From a virus: a stretch of DNA of 64,000 nt. Every line of letters begins with the position of its first letter. Positions within the stretch are counted from its first letter, which is position 1. Shown piece by piece: positions 8,521-18,625 of this stretch. The notes below the pieces were generated by a model. It did not search any database. It was not told the DNA's origin and worked only from the letters and a program-made list of their open reading frames with translations. Location of the stretch: the IMG/VR virus record IMGVR_UViG_3300025892_002268, positions 1 through 64,000 of that record. One strand, written 5' to 3'. Both the position numbers and the translations under genes were made by a program.

Positions 8521-9220
8521 TCAACTTAAATACACACAAAAAACAGAAAATTCAATTCCAAAGATAGATGGCATGGATGTGGTATTTGTTGACGATAAAA
8601 GTAATGACGAAACTGTAAAGTATTTAAAGTCTAAAAACAGGAATGTCATCGAAAAGGAGAGAGGCGCTGGATTAACAGATAGTTGGAATATTGCATACAG
8701 AAAATTCAAATCAGAATCATACGATGGTTTGATTATATCTAATAATGATGTTCTATTTAATTATACATTGGCAGACTTGGTGGGAGGTTTAGAAAAGTAC
8801 CCCCTAGTACTCCCATTAACTAGTTTGTCGGGAGCTGGATGTTCAAAAAAAAGACAATCCGTTTCACATTATTATCCCAAGTTTAAAGAGCCACAGGCAT
8901 CTAACGAAACATTACACATAAAATCATTAGAAAAAATAAATAAAAAAGGGTATACTGAAATAAATTGGTTGCACGGTTTTTGCTTTGGGTTGAATAGAGA
9001 TGTAATAAAAGCAGAGGTAGACCCAGAACATTTATTTCATCCTAAAAACATAAATTGTCATCAAGAGCAACATTTTTATAATAGAATAATTAAATGCGGG
9101 ATAAAGCCCAGAGTATGTCTTTCAACTTTTGTTTTTCATTATGTCAGCAAAACTCTGCAATATCAGGGACAAATAAAAGGTGTAGATAGTAGAAATGTTT
9201 TAGATTTTAATCGGAGATAA
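8489..9220 (+). CDS. glycosyltransferase family 2
   Basis: ITTYN, VDDKSND, SNNDV motifs. Confidence 0.75.
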   Translation: MKTLLAITTYNQLKYTQKTENSIPKIDGMDVVFVDDKSNDETVKYLKSKNRNVIEKERGAGLTDSWNIAYRKFKSESYDGLIISNNDVLFNYTLADLVGGLEKYPLVLPLTSLSGAGCSKKRQSVSHYYPKFKEPQASNETLHIKSLEKINKKGYTEINWLHGFCFGLNRDVIKAEVDPEHLFHPKNINCHQEQHFYNRIIKCGIKPRVCLSTFVFHYVSKTLQYQGQIKGVDSRNVLDFNRR

Positions 9221-9223
9221 CAG

Positions 9224-9526
9224 ATGATAGTGTATGTAGATATAGACAATACAATTTGCAAAACTCCAGAAACTGGAGAATATCATAAAGCCAAACCATT
9301 ACACGACAGAATATCCAAAATTAACGAAATGTATGATAGTGGACACACTATTATATATTGGACAGCAAGAGGCACTGTAACTGGCAAAGATTGGAAAGAA
9401 TTGACTGAAAAACAATTCCAAGAATGGTTAGTAAAGTATCATGATTTGCGATTAGGCAAGCCAGTGTATGATGTATTTATAGATGACAAAAATATAAACT
9501 CGGAGGTATTTTTTAATGAGTACTGA
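9224..9526 (+). CDS. HAD-superfamily phosphatase (capsule-biosynthesis type)
   Basis: DIDNT, WTARG, GKP..D.FIDDK. Confidence 0.8.
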   Translation: MIVYVDIDNTICKTPETGEYHKAKPLHDRISKINEMYDSGHTIIYWTARGTVTGKDWKELTEKQFQEWLVKYHDLRLGKPVYDVFIDDKNINSEVFFNEY

Positions 9527-10337
9527 TATTATTGCTGAGATTGGCATCAATCATAACGGATCTGAAGAAATTTGTAAAGATTTAATATCTTTAGCTTCAG
9601 TAGCAGGATGTAATTATGTAAAAATACAAAAAAGGACTCCAGATTTATGCGTACCAGATAGTCAGAAAGACAAAGTAAGATCAACTCCTTGGGGAGACAT
9701 GACATACTTAGATTATAAAAAGAAAATAGAGTTTGACGAAAAACAAATACACAGTATAAAATGCCATTGTATTAATACTAAAGTAGAATTCTTTGCAAGC
9801 GTGTGGGACATACCTAGTTCAGAGATGATGTCTAAATATTCCCGTGTTGCTAAAATACCATCAGCTTTAATAACAGATCTAGAGCTTTGCCGACATGCTA
9901 GAGATCATTTCTCTAATCTTATTATATCTACGGGCATGAGTACAGAAGAAGAAATAGAAAAATGCGTAAGAGCTTGTAATCCAGATGTTATAATGCACAC
10001 TAATAGTACATACCCATGTCCAGTAGATCAAGTTAATCTAAACTATATAAAATGGTTAAAGAAAAGGTGGCCTACAAAAGAAATAGGTTACAGTGGTCAT
10101 GAATACGGATTAGTATCTACATTTGCTGCCGTAGCCATTGGAGTTGAATGGGTAGAAAGACATATCACACTTAATCACAACATGTGGGGTAGTGACCATT
10201 CTTCAAGTTTAGAACCTTCTGGATTATTCAAATTAGTAAAAGGCATACGAGATATTGAGCAAGGTTTTATTCAACCTGTAGCACAGAGAGAAGTAATGGA
10301 AGGTGAAAAAGCTAAGAGGAAGAGTCTAAGAAAATGA
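9516..10337 (+). CDS. neuB: N-acetylneuraminate/nonulosonate synthase
   Basis: IAEIGINHNG, KIQKR, STGMS, HTNSTYP, GYSGHE, ERHITL..GSDH. Confidence 0.92.
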   Translation: MSTDIIAEIGINHNGSEEICKDLISLASVAGCNYVKIQKRTPDLCVPDSQKDKVRSTPWGDMTYLDYKKKIEFDEKQIHSIKCHCINTKVEFFASVWDIPSSEMMSKYSRVAKIPSALITDLELCRHARDHFSNLIISTGMSTEEEIEKCVRACNPDVIMHTNSTYPCPVDQVNLNYIKWLKKRWPTKEIGYSGHEYGLVSTFAAVAIGVEWVERHITLNHNMWGSDHSSSLEPSGLFKLVKGIRDIEQGFIQPVAQREVMEGEKAKRKSLRK

Positions 10338-10990
10338 ATTTAAAAGAAACAATCCAAGACAAAGTAGTTGCGCTCTGCTGCACTGGACCAAGTTTAACTC
10401 CAGACATAAACTTAAAAGATCATGACGTAGTTGTTGGGGTAAATAGAATATACTTAACAGGTTTTGTTGAAAAGATAGATATATTATTTCACAATGCTAG
10501 TCAATTAGATGATCCTAGAGATATGATGAAAGTTATGAAAGATAAAAACCCACAAGCACATACTTTTTTTATACCATCAGCTAAAAAACATCCTAGAAAC
10601 CAATTGGTATTTTTAGATGATTTAACTTTAGGAGGAAATAAAACAACTAACTTGTGTGGATATAGAGACGCATCAGCGGAAAAGCTTGGATTCGAGCTGT
10701 TAAGTGGAATTATAGCATTAGAGATACTGTTAAAATTTAATCCAAGACATATAGATATTTATGGCATGAGTTTTTATCAAGATGATACCGAAAGAAAATA
10801 TACAAAATATACAAATGATAAAAGAAGACTAACAGAACACTCAAATATTTTAGGTCATGATATGATGAATAACTACATTTATTTTAGCACACTAATCAAA
10901 GACAAAAATGTTAAATGGCATATAGATAAGGAAACTCTTAAACGTGTAGAAGCATTAAAACTTGGTGAGAAAAAAAAGGAAGATAAATGA
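10334..10990 (+). CDS. putative nonulosonate (sialyl)transferase-like protein
   Basis: CTGPSL..VVGVNR, SG..AL, YGMSFY motifs; NeuB context. Confidence 0.5.
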   Translation: MNLKETIQDKVVALCCTGPSLTPDINLKDHDVVVGVNRIYLTGFVEKIDILFHNASQLDDPRDMMKVMKDKNPQAHTFFIPSAKKHPRNQLVFLDDLTLGGNKTTNLCGYRDASAEKLGFELLSGIIALEILLKFNPRHIDIYGMSFYQDDTERKYTKYTNDKRRLTEHSNILGHDMMNNYIYFSTLIKDKNVKWHIDKETLKRVEALKLGEKKKEDK

Positions 10991-11583
10991 AATATAAAAA
11001 ATTATACGATGATTTATATAGCAGTGGATATCACGCTAATTATAAAACATCTCACACAAGACATATATATTCACTAATACAGCATTACATTAAAACCCGC
11101 TCAAAAGTACTTGATATAGGTTGTTCAAATGGTGCTGCGATGTTAAAATTATCTAAAATGAAATATGACATGTACGGAATTGACATATCCAAAATAGCTA
11201 TTGATATTTGCAAAAGTAGAAATATTTTAAAATGTAAAGCCAGTTCAGTGGCAGAAATAAAATTTGAAGATAACTTCTTTGATGGATTAGTATCCTCAGA
11301 CGTTATGGAGCATATAGATCCTTCAGAGATAAAAAGTTCTATTAAAGAATGCTACAGGGTTTTAAAAACAGGAGGTAGAGGTGTTTTTTTGATAGCCACA
11401 GCGGTAGAGTTAAATAAAAGATGGGATAGTGTTGCTATTAGAAATAACGTTCCACACTTACATACATCTATCTTCGATGGAAATTTTTGGGAAAATTCTT
11501 TTATCGAACAGGGCTTTCGTGTAAAATTTAAGAAAGATGGAGTCGGTGGTAGAGATTCAATAGTATTAGTAATAGAAAAATAA
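10987..11583 (+). CDS. class I SAM-dependent methyltransferase
   Basis: VLDIGCSNG, DVMEHI, RVLKTGG. Confidence 0.85.
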   Translation: MKYKKLYDDLYSSGYHANYKTSHTRHIYSLIQHYIKTRSKVLDIGCSNGAAMLKLSKMKYDMYGIDISKIAIDICKSRNILKCKASSVAEIKFEDNFFDGLVSSDVMEHIDPSEIKSSIKECYRVLKTGGRGVFLIATAVELNKRWDSVAIRNNVPHLHTSIFDGNFWENSFIEQGFRVKFKKDGVGGRDSIVLVIEK

Positions 11584-11604
11584 TGAAAATTGGTTGATTT
11601 TCAT

Positions 11605-12195
11605 ATGTCAAAAAATAAAATAAAATATCGTTTCATACACATAAATAAAACTGCTGGAAATTCTATATATGATTGGTTTCTTGAAAATAATTATTCTTTA
11701 TCAAAAAAACGAATTCATAAGATACCCGTAGTTTTTCAACCAAATACTATATACTTTGCAATAGTGAGAAACCCGTATGCTAGAGTTTTATCTCAATATA
11801 AGCACTGGAAAGACAACTTAAAAAGAATTGATGATAATATCCAGTTTGAGTATTATTTAGAGAACTTAGATAGACCTAGCCTGTGGCTTAAAAAGCAAGT
11901 ATATATAAATTATTATTCAACAAAGTACAATATGTCTTGTTATTCATGGTTGCACAAGTGCGAAAAAGAAACTAAGCTAAAGGTTTTTAAGTACGAAGAA
12001 CTAGATAAGTTAGTAGAATATTTCATTAAAGAACTTAAATTTAAAAATAACTTTGGACATGCTGATTTAGGAAAAACAATAGGTTGTAATAACAAGATTG
12101 ATCAGTACTATAATACAAATTGCTATGAAATAGTTACAAGAAGAATGGAAAAAGATTTTGATACGTATGGATACAAGAGATACAATGAACATTAA
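11605..12195 (+). CDS. sulfotransferase family 2 protein
   Basis: FIHINKTAGNSI, VRNPYAR..SQY, DF..YGY. Confidence 0.8.
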   Translation: MSKNKIKYRFIHINKTAGNSIYDWFLENNYSLSKKRIHKIPVVFQPNTIYFAIVRNPYARVLSQYKHWKDNLKRIDDNIQFEYYLENLDRPSLWLKKQVYINYYSTKYNMSCYSWLHKCEKETKLKVFKYEELDKLVEYFIKELKFKNNFGHADLGKTIGCNNKIDQYYNTNCYEIVTRRMEKDFDTYGYKRYNEH

Positions 12196-12820
12196 AACTA
12201 TAATACTTGCCAGAGGTGGCAGCAAAGGCATACCAAGAAAAAACATCATTGACGTTAATGGTAAACCTTTGATACAATATACAATAGAAGCGGCGAAGGC
12301 ATCTAAGGCTAAAGATGTATATATAAGCACAGATTGTTCTGCTATCATGTTAGAAGCTATTAAACACAAAGCCAACGTAATTATGCGTCCATCAAATATA
12401 TCCGGCGACAATTCAAAAAGTGAAGATGCTTTATTACATTTCGCAAACACTATATCATTTGATATATTGGTGTTTATTCAACCAACATCTCCCTTATTGC
12501 TTTCAGAAGATATAGACAAGGGTATTGACATGATGGGAGAATATGATTCTGTATTCAGCGCATATAAAGAACATTGGATTCCAAGATGGACTCTAGATGA
12601 AAAACCAGATGGTTGGTTTCCTCAGTCTCGTCCAATGCGTCAAGATCGCAAAGAACGATGGGTTGAAAATGGAGCTATGTATATTACTACTAGAGAACAA
12701 CTAGAAAAATCTAAATTAAGATATAGTGGTAATATTGGTATACTTGAGATGCCGATACATAGAAGTTTTCAGATTGACACTATGGACGATTTGGAGCTTA
12801 TAAAAAAATGCTTGAACTAA
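12185..12820 (+). CDS. neuA: CMP-nonulosonate (acylneuraminate) cytidylyltransferase
   Basis: ARGGSKGIPRKNI, QPTSPL, ENGAMYI, IDT.DD. Confidence 0.92.
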   Translation: MNIKTIILARGGSKGIPRKNIIDVNGKPLIQYTIEAAKASKAKDVYISTDCSAIMLEAIKHKANVIMRPSNISGDNSKSEDALLHFANTISFDILVFIQPTSPLLLSEDIDKGIDMMGEYDSVFSAYKEHWIPRWTLDEKPDGWFPQSRPMRQDRKERWVENGAMYITTREQLEKSKLRYSGNIGILEMPIHRSFQIDTMDDLELIKKCLN

Positions 12821-13464
12821 ATAGTTTTAAAGGAAAACATAAAGGCGAAGATGTATACGTCATTGGCTCTGGTCCTAGTTGCGACTATATTGATCCATCT
12901 TTCATCACTAATAAAATAACAATAGGAACTAATCAAACGTATAGAAGATATCAAACTAATTATATACTCAGAAAAGAACATAAGCTATTACAGGACACTC
13001 TTAATAATTTTAATGGGCCAGTTTTTGTATCTAAAGGAAATTGTGGCACACTACATAGTGTAATAAATTTGGATAAGTATAAACACAACGACAGAATATG
13101 CGTATACAATCATTTAAACAATGCGCTGAAAATTAACCTTAAAGCTTTTGACATGCCAGATCATTTATGCGTTAGTCATTCAACGATCACGACAAGTATA
13201 CATTTAGCATATTATATGGGCGCAAAGAATATAATATTGATTGGCGTAGATCATGGATGTTTAGACGGTAAGCAGACATTCAAGGATTATTATAAAGACA
13301 TAAAAGAGACTGCTTGGAATGATTGGCAGCAATACAAGGGGTGGCTCAAGAATTTAGACAATGATACCATAAAAATAAAGACAAAATTATCCAGTTTAGG
13401 TGTAAATGTTTATAGTATTAATCCATTTATAAACTTTAAGCTTGAGGGCCATAAATATGAATAA
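12808..13464 (+). CDS. Maf/DUF115-like nonulosonate transferase
   Basis: FKGKHKGE..VIGSGPS, AYYMGAKNIILIGVD. Confidence 0.65.
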   Translation: MLELNSFKGKHKGEDVYVIGSGPSCDYIDPSFITNKITIGTNQTYRRYQTNYILRKEHKLLQDTLNNFNGPVFVSKGNCGTLHSVINLDKYKHNDRICVYNHLNNALKINLKAFDMPDHLCVSHSTITTSIHLAYYMGAKNIILIGVDHGCLDGKQTFKDYYKDIKETAWNDWQQYKGWLKNLDNDTIKIKTKLSSLGVNVYSINPFINFKLEGHKYE

Positions 13465-14125
13465 TAAAGGTCAACATCCATCTGGTAAAGTAAAAAAGGA
13501 AATTAACGACGTAATTAATGAATTAGAGAGGCGTGGAGTAGATGTAAATACCCACATGACTCAAGACACTAAAGGTTTAGGAGATGTAGTAGAAGATGTC
13601 TTGAAAACTTTTGGGGTAACAGAGGAAAGATTTAAACACTGGTTTGATTTAAAAGAATGTGGTTGCAGTAAAAGAAAAAAATGGTTAAATGGTATTTTTA
13701 GCTGGAAGGTCAACAATAAATGACTTTATACTACGCTCTTAATAAGGATATAAACCCTAAGAAATTTTTAGAAGATGTAAGAAAAGAAATAGTTCATAAT
13801 AGAGCTAATAAAGATGATGTATTAGTAGTAGAAATTAGAAAAACTGTAGACGTTGTTGAGGATATTGCGAAGCAAAAAACTATTGAATATTTGAAAGAGA
13901 ATTCGGATGATTAAAAAAATATTATGCCAGAATAAGCATAAGTTATTTATTTCTTGGGAGGCAGGAATAGTTTATGAGAAACCATGCGTCAACATCGCAA
14001 CTAAGTATACAGTAGACAGCTTTGGAATATTCTACGTGTGTAACGAGTGCCATGAGGAAGGTTGCAAGAGAAGACTTGACTCTACCCGACTCACCTATAA
14101 AGAAAAAGATTAAATCTCGTAGAAA

Positions 14126-14695
14126 GTGTATAATATGATAAGTAACAAAAATTATATATGCAAATTCACACACACAGATAAGAGCAAAAAGATGAAATGT
14201 ATACTGAGAACTCTGTTCTATCAGTTCCTAGTTCTATTTGTAGGAGCTTCGATAGGTTTTATAGCTAATGCCGAATGGGTGGGCTGGAAGTTTCCCATTG
14301 TGGAAAGATCAATCAATAACGTTTTCTTTCCTGTAGATTTTGAAGATCCCGGTGTCCTTCAAATGCTTTATGGTCATGGTAGATTAAAAGTATTTGGAGT
14401 GATGGGTAAATACAGAGATATAGAAATTATCGAAGAAGCTATGCTGGCAGAAGAGTGGTACTGGGTTAAGTTTTCTCACACTGACCAAAATGGTAATACT
14501 GTAACTGAAATTGAACACATTAGGGTAAGATGGAAGCCTTGGGAATATTATTGGCATAATGATATTAATCCTGTAAGCGAAGAAGAATTTAGAAAGTATA
14601 TTGAGGAAGGCACTTTAAACAGTAGAGACAGTGATAGAGCTTTCAGACTTATGTATGAAAAAAATGATATGGAAGCAAAGAAGATTAAAATTTAA
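14126..14695 (+). CDS. hypothetical membrane-anchored protein
   Basis: one hydrophobic segment; start uncertain. Confidence 0.5.
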   Translation: MYNMISNKNYICKFTHTDKSKKMKCILRTLFYQFLVLFVGASIGFIANAEWVGWKFPIVERSINNVFFPVDFEDPGVLQMLYGHGRLKVFGVMGKYRDIEIIEEAMLAEEWYWVKFSHTDQNGNTVTEIEHIRVRWKPWEYYWHNDINPVSEEEFRKYIEEGTLNSRDSDRAFRLMYEKNDMEAKKIKI

Positions 14696-14809
14696 TCATA
14701 TTCTAACACTATATATAGGTGTGTATTCTTGACGATAGGGTATAATATGGTATTATAGACACTCTGTGTGTCTCCTGCCTTTTATCCTACCTTATTGAAA
14801 GAAAACACT

Positions 14810-15799
14810 ATGTTTAAAAGACTTAAACAACTGTTCACAAGCCCAAAGCGTAATGCTTTTACACTAATCGAGCTACTTGTTGTGATTGCCATTATTGGCG
14901 TTCTCGTTGGTCTTTTGTTGCCCGCTGTTCAAAGCGCTAGAGAAGCGGCAAGACGAGCATCCTGTTCAAACAATCTAAAGCAACAAGGTCTTGCTATGCA
15001 TATGAGCTTAGACCAGAAGAGATATTTCCCTGCTGCCGCATGGACTATCGACTCTGCTGGCAAGAAACCAACAGGTAATCAATCTGGCACAGAACATAGT
15101 TGGCGGGCATTTGTCCTTGCAAATTTAGAGCAAGGTAACACTGGTTATGATTTTAATAAAAATTGGTGGGAAAATACTCAAGCTATTTCTTTAAATGCGT
15201 CTGTATTTATATGCCCAACGGCAATGCCTCCCGCTGGTGGTTATGCTAGTATTGATGGACCCAGTAGAGATAGCGATAGTGCTGCACCAAGTTTAGATCC
15301 TAATGTTCTTGGTTATACAGACTATGAAACATTTACTGGTGTTAAAGATAAAATCTTTCCTGCTGGCAGTGATCCTTATGCTAGTAAAACTAATGATGAT
15401 GGTTGCTTAATAAAAGATCAAGTAACTAAAGAGCAATATATTGTAGATGGTTTTTCTAATACTCTTATGATTGTAGAGTGTGCAAGTAGACCTGATGTTT
15501 ATAAAGCTAGTAATGGTAAAGCCGCTACTGGTGGCACTAACCAGTGTATTAGTTGGGCAGATTCATTGGGGCCATTTAAATTACATGGTGTTGATGCTAA
15601 TGGGGATAAATGTAAGAATTGTGCTGGTAATGTACCATTCAATGTTATTAATGATGGCGAGGCATATAGTATGCATCCCGGCGTTATGAACACAGTATAT
15701 GCAGATGGTTCAACCAGAACTATTAATGATAATGTAGATTTAAGGGCATTTGCTGCTGCTATTACTAGAAACGGTAGAGAATCATCAAGTATTGATTAA
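14810..15799 (+). CDS. DUF1559 / prepilin-type N-methylation H-X9-DG protein (Planctomycetes-type)
   Basis: [65 protein letters not shown]. Confidence 0.93.
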   Translation: MFKRLKQLFTSPKRNAFTLIELLVVIAIIGVLVGLLLPAVQSAREAARRASCSNNLKQQGLAMHMSLDQKRYFPAAAWTIDSAGKKPTGNQSGTEHSWRAFVLANLEQGNTGYDFNKNWWENTQAISLNASVFICPTAMPPAGGYASIDGPSRDSDSAAPSLDPNVLGYTDYETFTGVKDKIFPAGSDPYASKTNDDGCLIKDQVTKEQYIVDGFSNTLMIVECASRPDVYKASNGKAATGGTNQCISWADSLGPFKLHGVDANGDKCKNCAGNVPFNVINDGEAYSMHPGVMNTVYADGSTRTINDNVDLRAFAAAITRNGRESSSID

Positions 15800-15808
15800 A
15801 GTTTTTTA

Positions 15809-15837
15809 TTGACAAAAGACGATGAGAGTGGTAGAAT
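15809..15837 (+). promoter_or_regulatory. sigma70-like promoter
   Basis: TTAAAG..TTGACA-N17 (GACGAT)-TAGAAT. Confidence 0.8.
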
Positions 15838-16070
15838 ACTCTACCACTCTTTTTTTTCTTAGGAGGTTAAATATGACTTGGTTAGAATTGTATAATGTAT
15901 TACATCGCAGGGCAAATGATATAAAAAATCTTGACTCTGATTTATGGCAACAAGAAGTGCTTTGCCACAATGCAGAAACTGGTGAGGAAATGGAAGTTGA
16001 AAATTTCGTGGTAAATGGCAAGACAGTGCTTGCTTTTAATACGAATTCTTTGTATAATGAAGAGTAAGAC

Positions 16071-16142
16071 GGCCCCATCGTCTAGTGGTTAGGACACGGG
16101 ATTTTCATTCCCGTAACCGGAGTTCGACTCTCCGTGGGGTCA
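16071..16142 (+). tRNA. tRNA-Glu(TTC)
   Basis: cloverleaf GGCCCCA../TGGGGTC, anticodon arm CGGGA-TTTTCAT-TCCCG, GTTCGAC T-loop; no encoded CCA. Confidence 0.95.
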
Positions 16143-16180
16143 TAGGATTTTTTGAAATAAGACAAGAAAGGTTGAGCAAA

Positions 16181-16663
16181 ATGGGAAGTGATATTTTTAC
16201 AGAAAGCGCAGTCGCTGTTGAATTAGAAACTTTTTTAAATGTAGATGCAATTAAGAAAAAAGCTAAAAGACAAATAATTGCAAATACTCTCTATCAAGAA
16301 AAGATAATTGATGAAGAATCTCTTTCTGTTATGACTAACAATAAAAGTGATTTTATTGAAACATTCATTTCTGAATTGAGCATGAGTGATGGGTATGAAA
16401 ATTGTGAAGAACGTAATAAGTTTATGTTAGAAACTTTTGGACTTCATACAGGAATTGATATGTCAGATATGCCTGAATGGAGTTTAAGAACATTTAACAG
16501 CTGTAGAGAATCGGGATATGATATAATGACCGACACTCTATATATTATGTTTGAGTCGTATGACTTATTTGAGACAGTCATGACAGATGAAGGCAAAGAA
16601 TTTGCTAAAAAATTAGGAGTTGATTATATTAATGAGACAACGTGGACAGTGCATTCGTACTAA
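16181..16663 (+). CDS. hypothetical acidic phage protein
   Basis: start re-assigned downstream of tRNA. Confidence 0.6.
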   Translation: MGSDIFTESAVAVELETFLNVDAIKKKAKRQIIANTLYQEKIIDEESLSVMTNNKSDFIETFISELSMSDGYENCEERNKFMLETFGLHTGIDMSDMPEWSLRTFNSCRESGYDIMTDTLYIMFESYDLFETVMTDEGKEFAKKLGVDYINETTWTVHSY

Positions 16664-16685
16664 TTTTAAAAAACTTAATAAAACC

Positions 16686-16743
16686 ATGATAACTCTTAGC
16701 CTGTTGTGTTGATTAGTTGACATTTAGTCAGATGTGTTATCAT
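16686..16743 (+). ncRNA. TTTA dual-strand hairpin unit 1
   Basis: ATGATAAC/GTTATCAT; strands CTTAGCCTGTTG and TTTAGTCAGATG; inner stem-loop 16707-16722. Confidence 0.7.
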
Positions 16744-16758
16744 ATAGAAAGGACAAAT

Positions 16759-17067
16759 ATGCCATATATAAAGCAAGAAGAAAGACAATGGCTAACTCGC
16801 CCAATTGAGGAATTGGCAAGCACTATATCTTCCAATCATGATATATCAGATGAGGAGTTTTTGGCTATCTGTGGAGAAATAAACTATTGTTTCAGTACAA
16901 TATTAACCAAATTAATGTGCAAGCCTTCATATGCTAAAATAGCTATGATAACTGGTGTTCTTGAAAATATAAAGCAAGAATTCTACAGAAGAGTTGGCGT
17001 TCCATACGAAGAAAACAAAATAGTACAAAATGGAGATATTAAAGAATATAGGAGGTTGTATCCATGA
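16759..17067 (+). CDS. conserved-looking hypothetical phage protein (MPYIK..EFYRRV..YE..K..NGD)
   Basis: start re-assigned after AAGGA RBS. Confidence 0.65.
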   Translation: MPYIKQEERQWLTRPIEELASTISSNHDISDEEFLAICGEINYCFSTILTKLMCKPSYAKIAMITGVLENIKQEFYRRVGVPYEENKIVQNGDIKEYRRLYP

Positions 17068-17375
17068 TGTACCATGAAATAAAAAGTCTTAATAAATTTG
17101 CTAAAAGTCTCGGAAAAGAAGTGGCAAAAGATGGAGGATTTAGTCTTCAAGAATTAAAACAATACATTAGTGTTGGAAACATAAAAAATATGGTTAAAAC
17201 ACACGCCATGAGGAGATATGATAAATTTTACATAAATGAAGATCAAACAGATCAAATATGCGAAGAAATATTTGATTGGTTAACAGGAGTTAGTTTAGCC
17301 AAGTTAGCCGCTGAAGATTACCTTGACTGCTGGTGGGATCAAAAACAAGATTGTATGGTTTTTAAAAAGAAATAA
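17064..17375 (+). CDS. hypothetical phage protein
   Basis: AGGAGG RBS, coupled ORF. Confidence 0.6.
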   Translation: MMYHEIKSLNKFAKSLGKEVAKDGGFSLQELKQYISVGNIKNMVKTHAMRRYDKFYINEDQTDQICEEIFDWLTGVSLAKLAAEDYLDCWWDQKQDCMVFKKK

Positions 17376-17383
17376 GGATTAAA

Positions 17384-17728
17384 ATGCCAAAGAAAAAACA
17401 AGTGTCTCTGGAAGTAATTGAACATATACAAAGAACAATAAATGAATTACTTGAAAATAATATTGAACAAGCATCTAAAAGAAAACTTTGTATAATGATG
17501 GAAAAACTTCTAAAGGATACCAAACAAAAAGACGATGATTTTCAATATCTACACTGGAACAAGTACGGAAAACTAGATTGGGAAGCAGAAAAAGAACAAC
17601 ATCTAACTACAATTTCTGTGGGGGATACTGTTCAAATTCCACAACATTACGTAACTGGGCCAGATTATGATGGTAGCGCAGAATTTACCGATGAGATACA
17701 AGGTGAATGGTCGAGAGTTTATTACTAA
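17384..17728 (+). CDS. hypothetical phage protein
   Basis: ORF with RBS. Confidence 0.55.
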   Translation: MPKKKQVSLEVIEHIQRTINELLENNIEQASKRKLCIMMEKLLKDTKQKDDDFQYLHWNKYGKLDWEAEKEQHLTTISVGDTVQIPQHYVTGPDYDGSAEFTDEIQGEWSRVYY

Positions 17729-17747
17729 TAATCAAAAGGAATTTATT

Positions 17748-18044
17748 ATGAAGAAAATTATTTTAACTTTGGCGTTTGCTTTATTTGCCACAACGTGTTA
17801 TGCTCATGGACATGGATGGAGACCAGTTGTAACTCCACCTGTTCCAGTTTATCCAGACGTAGTTGTGCCTGCACACCCAGTACAAACTCTAAGTACTTTT
17901 GTTAAGCCTAGAGTGTACTACATGTGGACTCCTTACTACACGATCCAACCAGTGAGGCCAAATCACTTCACCTTTTTTCCGAGGCTTCATACGACGTATC
18001 AGCCAACAATTCAATGGTCTTGGCAACCATATTACACATATTGA
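17748..18044 (+). CDS. secreted Pro/Tyr-rich protein
   Basis: signal peptide MKKIILTLAFALFATTCYA. Confidence 0.6.
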   Translation: MKKIILTLAFALFATTCYAHGHGWRPVVTPPVPVYPDVVVPAHPVQTLSTFVKPRVYYMWTPYYTIQPVRPNHFTFFPRLHTTYQPTIQWSWQPYYTY

Positions 18045-18238
18045 GGAATTTAAAATGGGAGAAGCTTTAGCGACAGTAATTGGTTTAGTATTTATGTTTG
18101 GATCTATAAGCATATTTATAAGTTTGATTGTAGAAAAACACGACAGGACACCTGTTAAGCATAGTGCTATTGACAATGATTTGACAGATGTTATGATTGC
18201 AGATGAACTATTTGACGACAACGACATAGGAGAATAAA

Positions 18239-18454
18239 ATGGCGAAGGCGACATTGGAAGTGTTTCCAGTTGGTAGCAAAGTACAACTTGATGAAGATCT
18301 ATTTGGAACTGTACTAAGCGTTACAATAGGTGATAAGAACTCAGTTTTCTATGAGGTGGGTTGGTGGCAAGCTAGGACTTACACTAAAGAACATTTTGTA
18401 CAAGATCAGTTGACCTTAACCTTGGGCGAACCAGCTAGGATTGGATTTAAGTAG
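18239..18454 (+). CDS. hypothetical phage protein
   Basis: AGGAG RBS. Confidence 0.55.
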   Translation: MAKATLEVFPVGSKVQLDEDLFGTVLSVTIGDKNSVFYEVGWWQARTYTKEHFVQDQLTLTLGEPARIGFK

Positions 18455-18526
18455 GGAGTGTAGTCCAAAGGCAGAGACAAAGGACTTAAAATCCTTCCAG
18501 TGTGGGTTCGACTCCCATCACTCCTA
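18454..18526 (+). tRNA. tRNA-Leu(TAA), short variable region
   Basis: GGGAGTG/CACTCCT acceptor; AAGGA-CTTAAAA-TCCTT; GTGGG-TTCGACT-CCCAT. Confidence 0.9.
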
Positions 18527-18527
18527 T

Positions 18528-18592
18528 TTATGCATAACATTTACACGAGCATATTAATTTAATTAATATTTATATCGGATTGTTGTGCATAA
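18528..18592 (+). ncRNA. TTTA dual-strand hairpin unit 2 (directly upstream of IS110/Tas-like gene)
   Basis: TTATGCATAACA/TGTTGTGCATAA; strands TTTACACGAGCA and TTTATATCGGAT; inner TATTAAT-TTA-ATTAATA. Confidence 0.75.
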
Positions 18593-18625
18593 TTTTAATT
18601 TTTAATAACAAAAGAAAGAAATGCT

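Noticed and set aside
16085-16180. N-terminal extension of ORF 16085-16663
   Set aside because: Overlaps tRNA-Glu; true start probably 16181.
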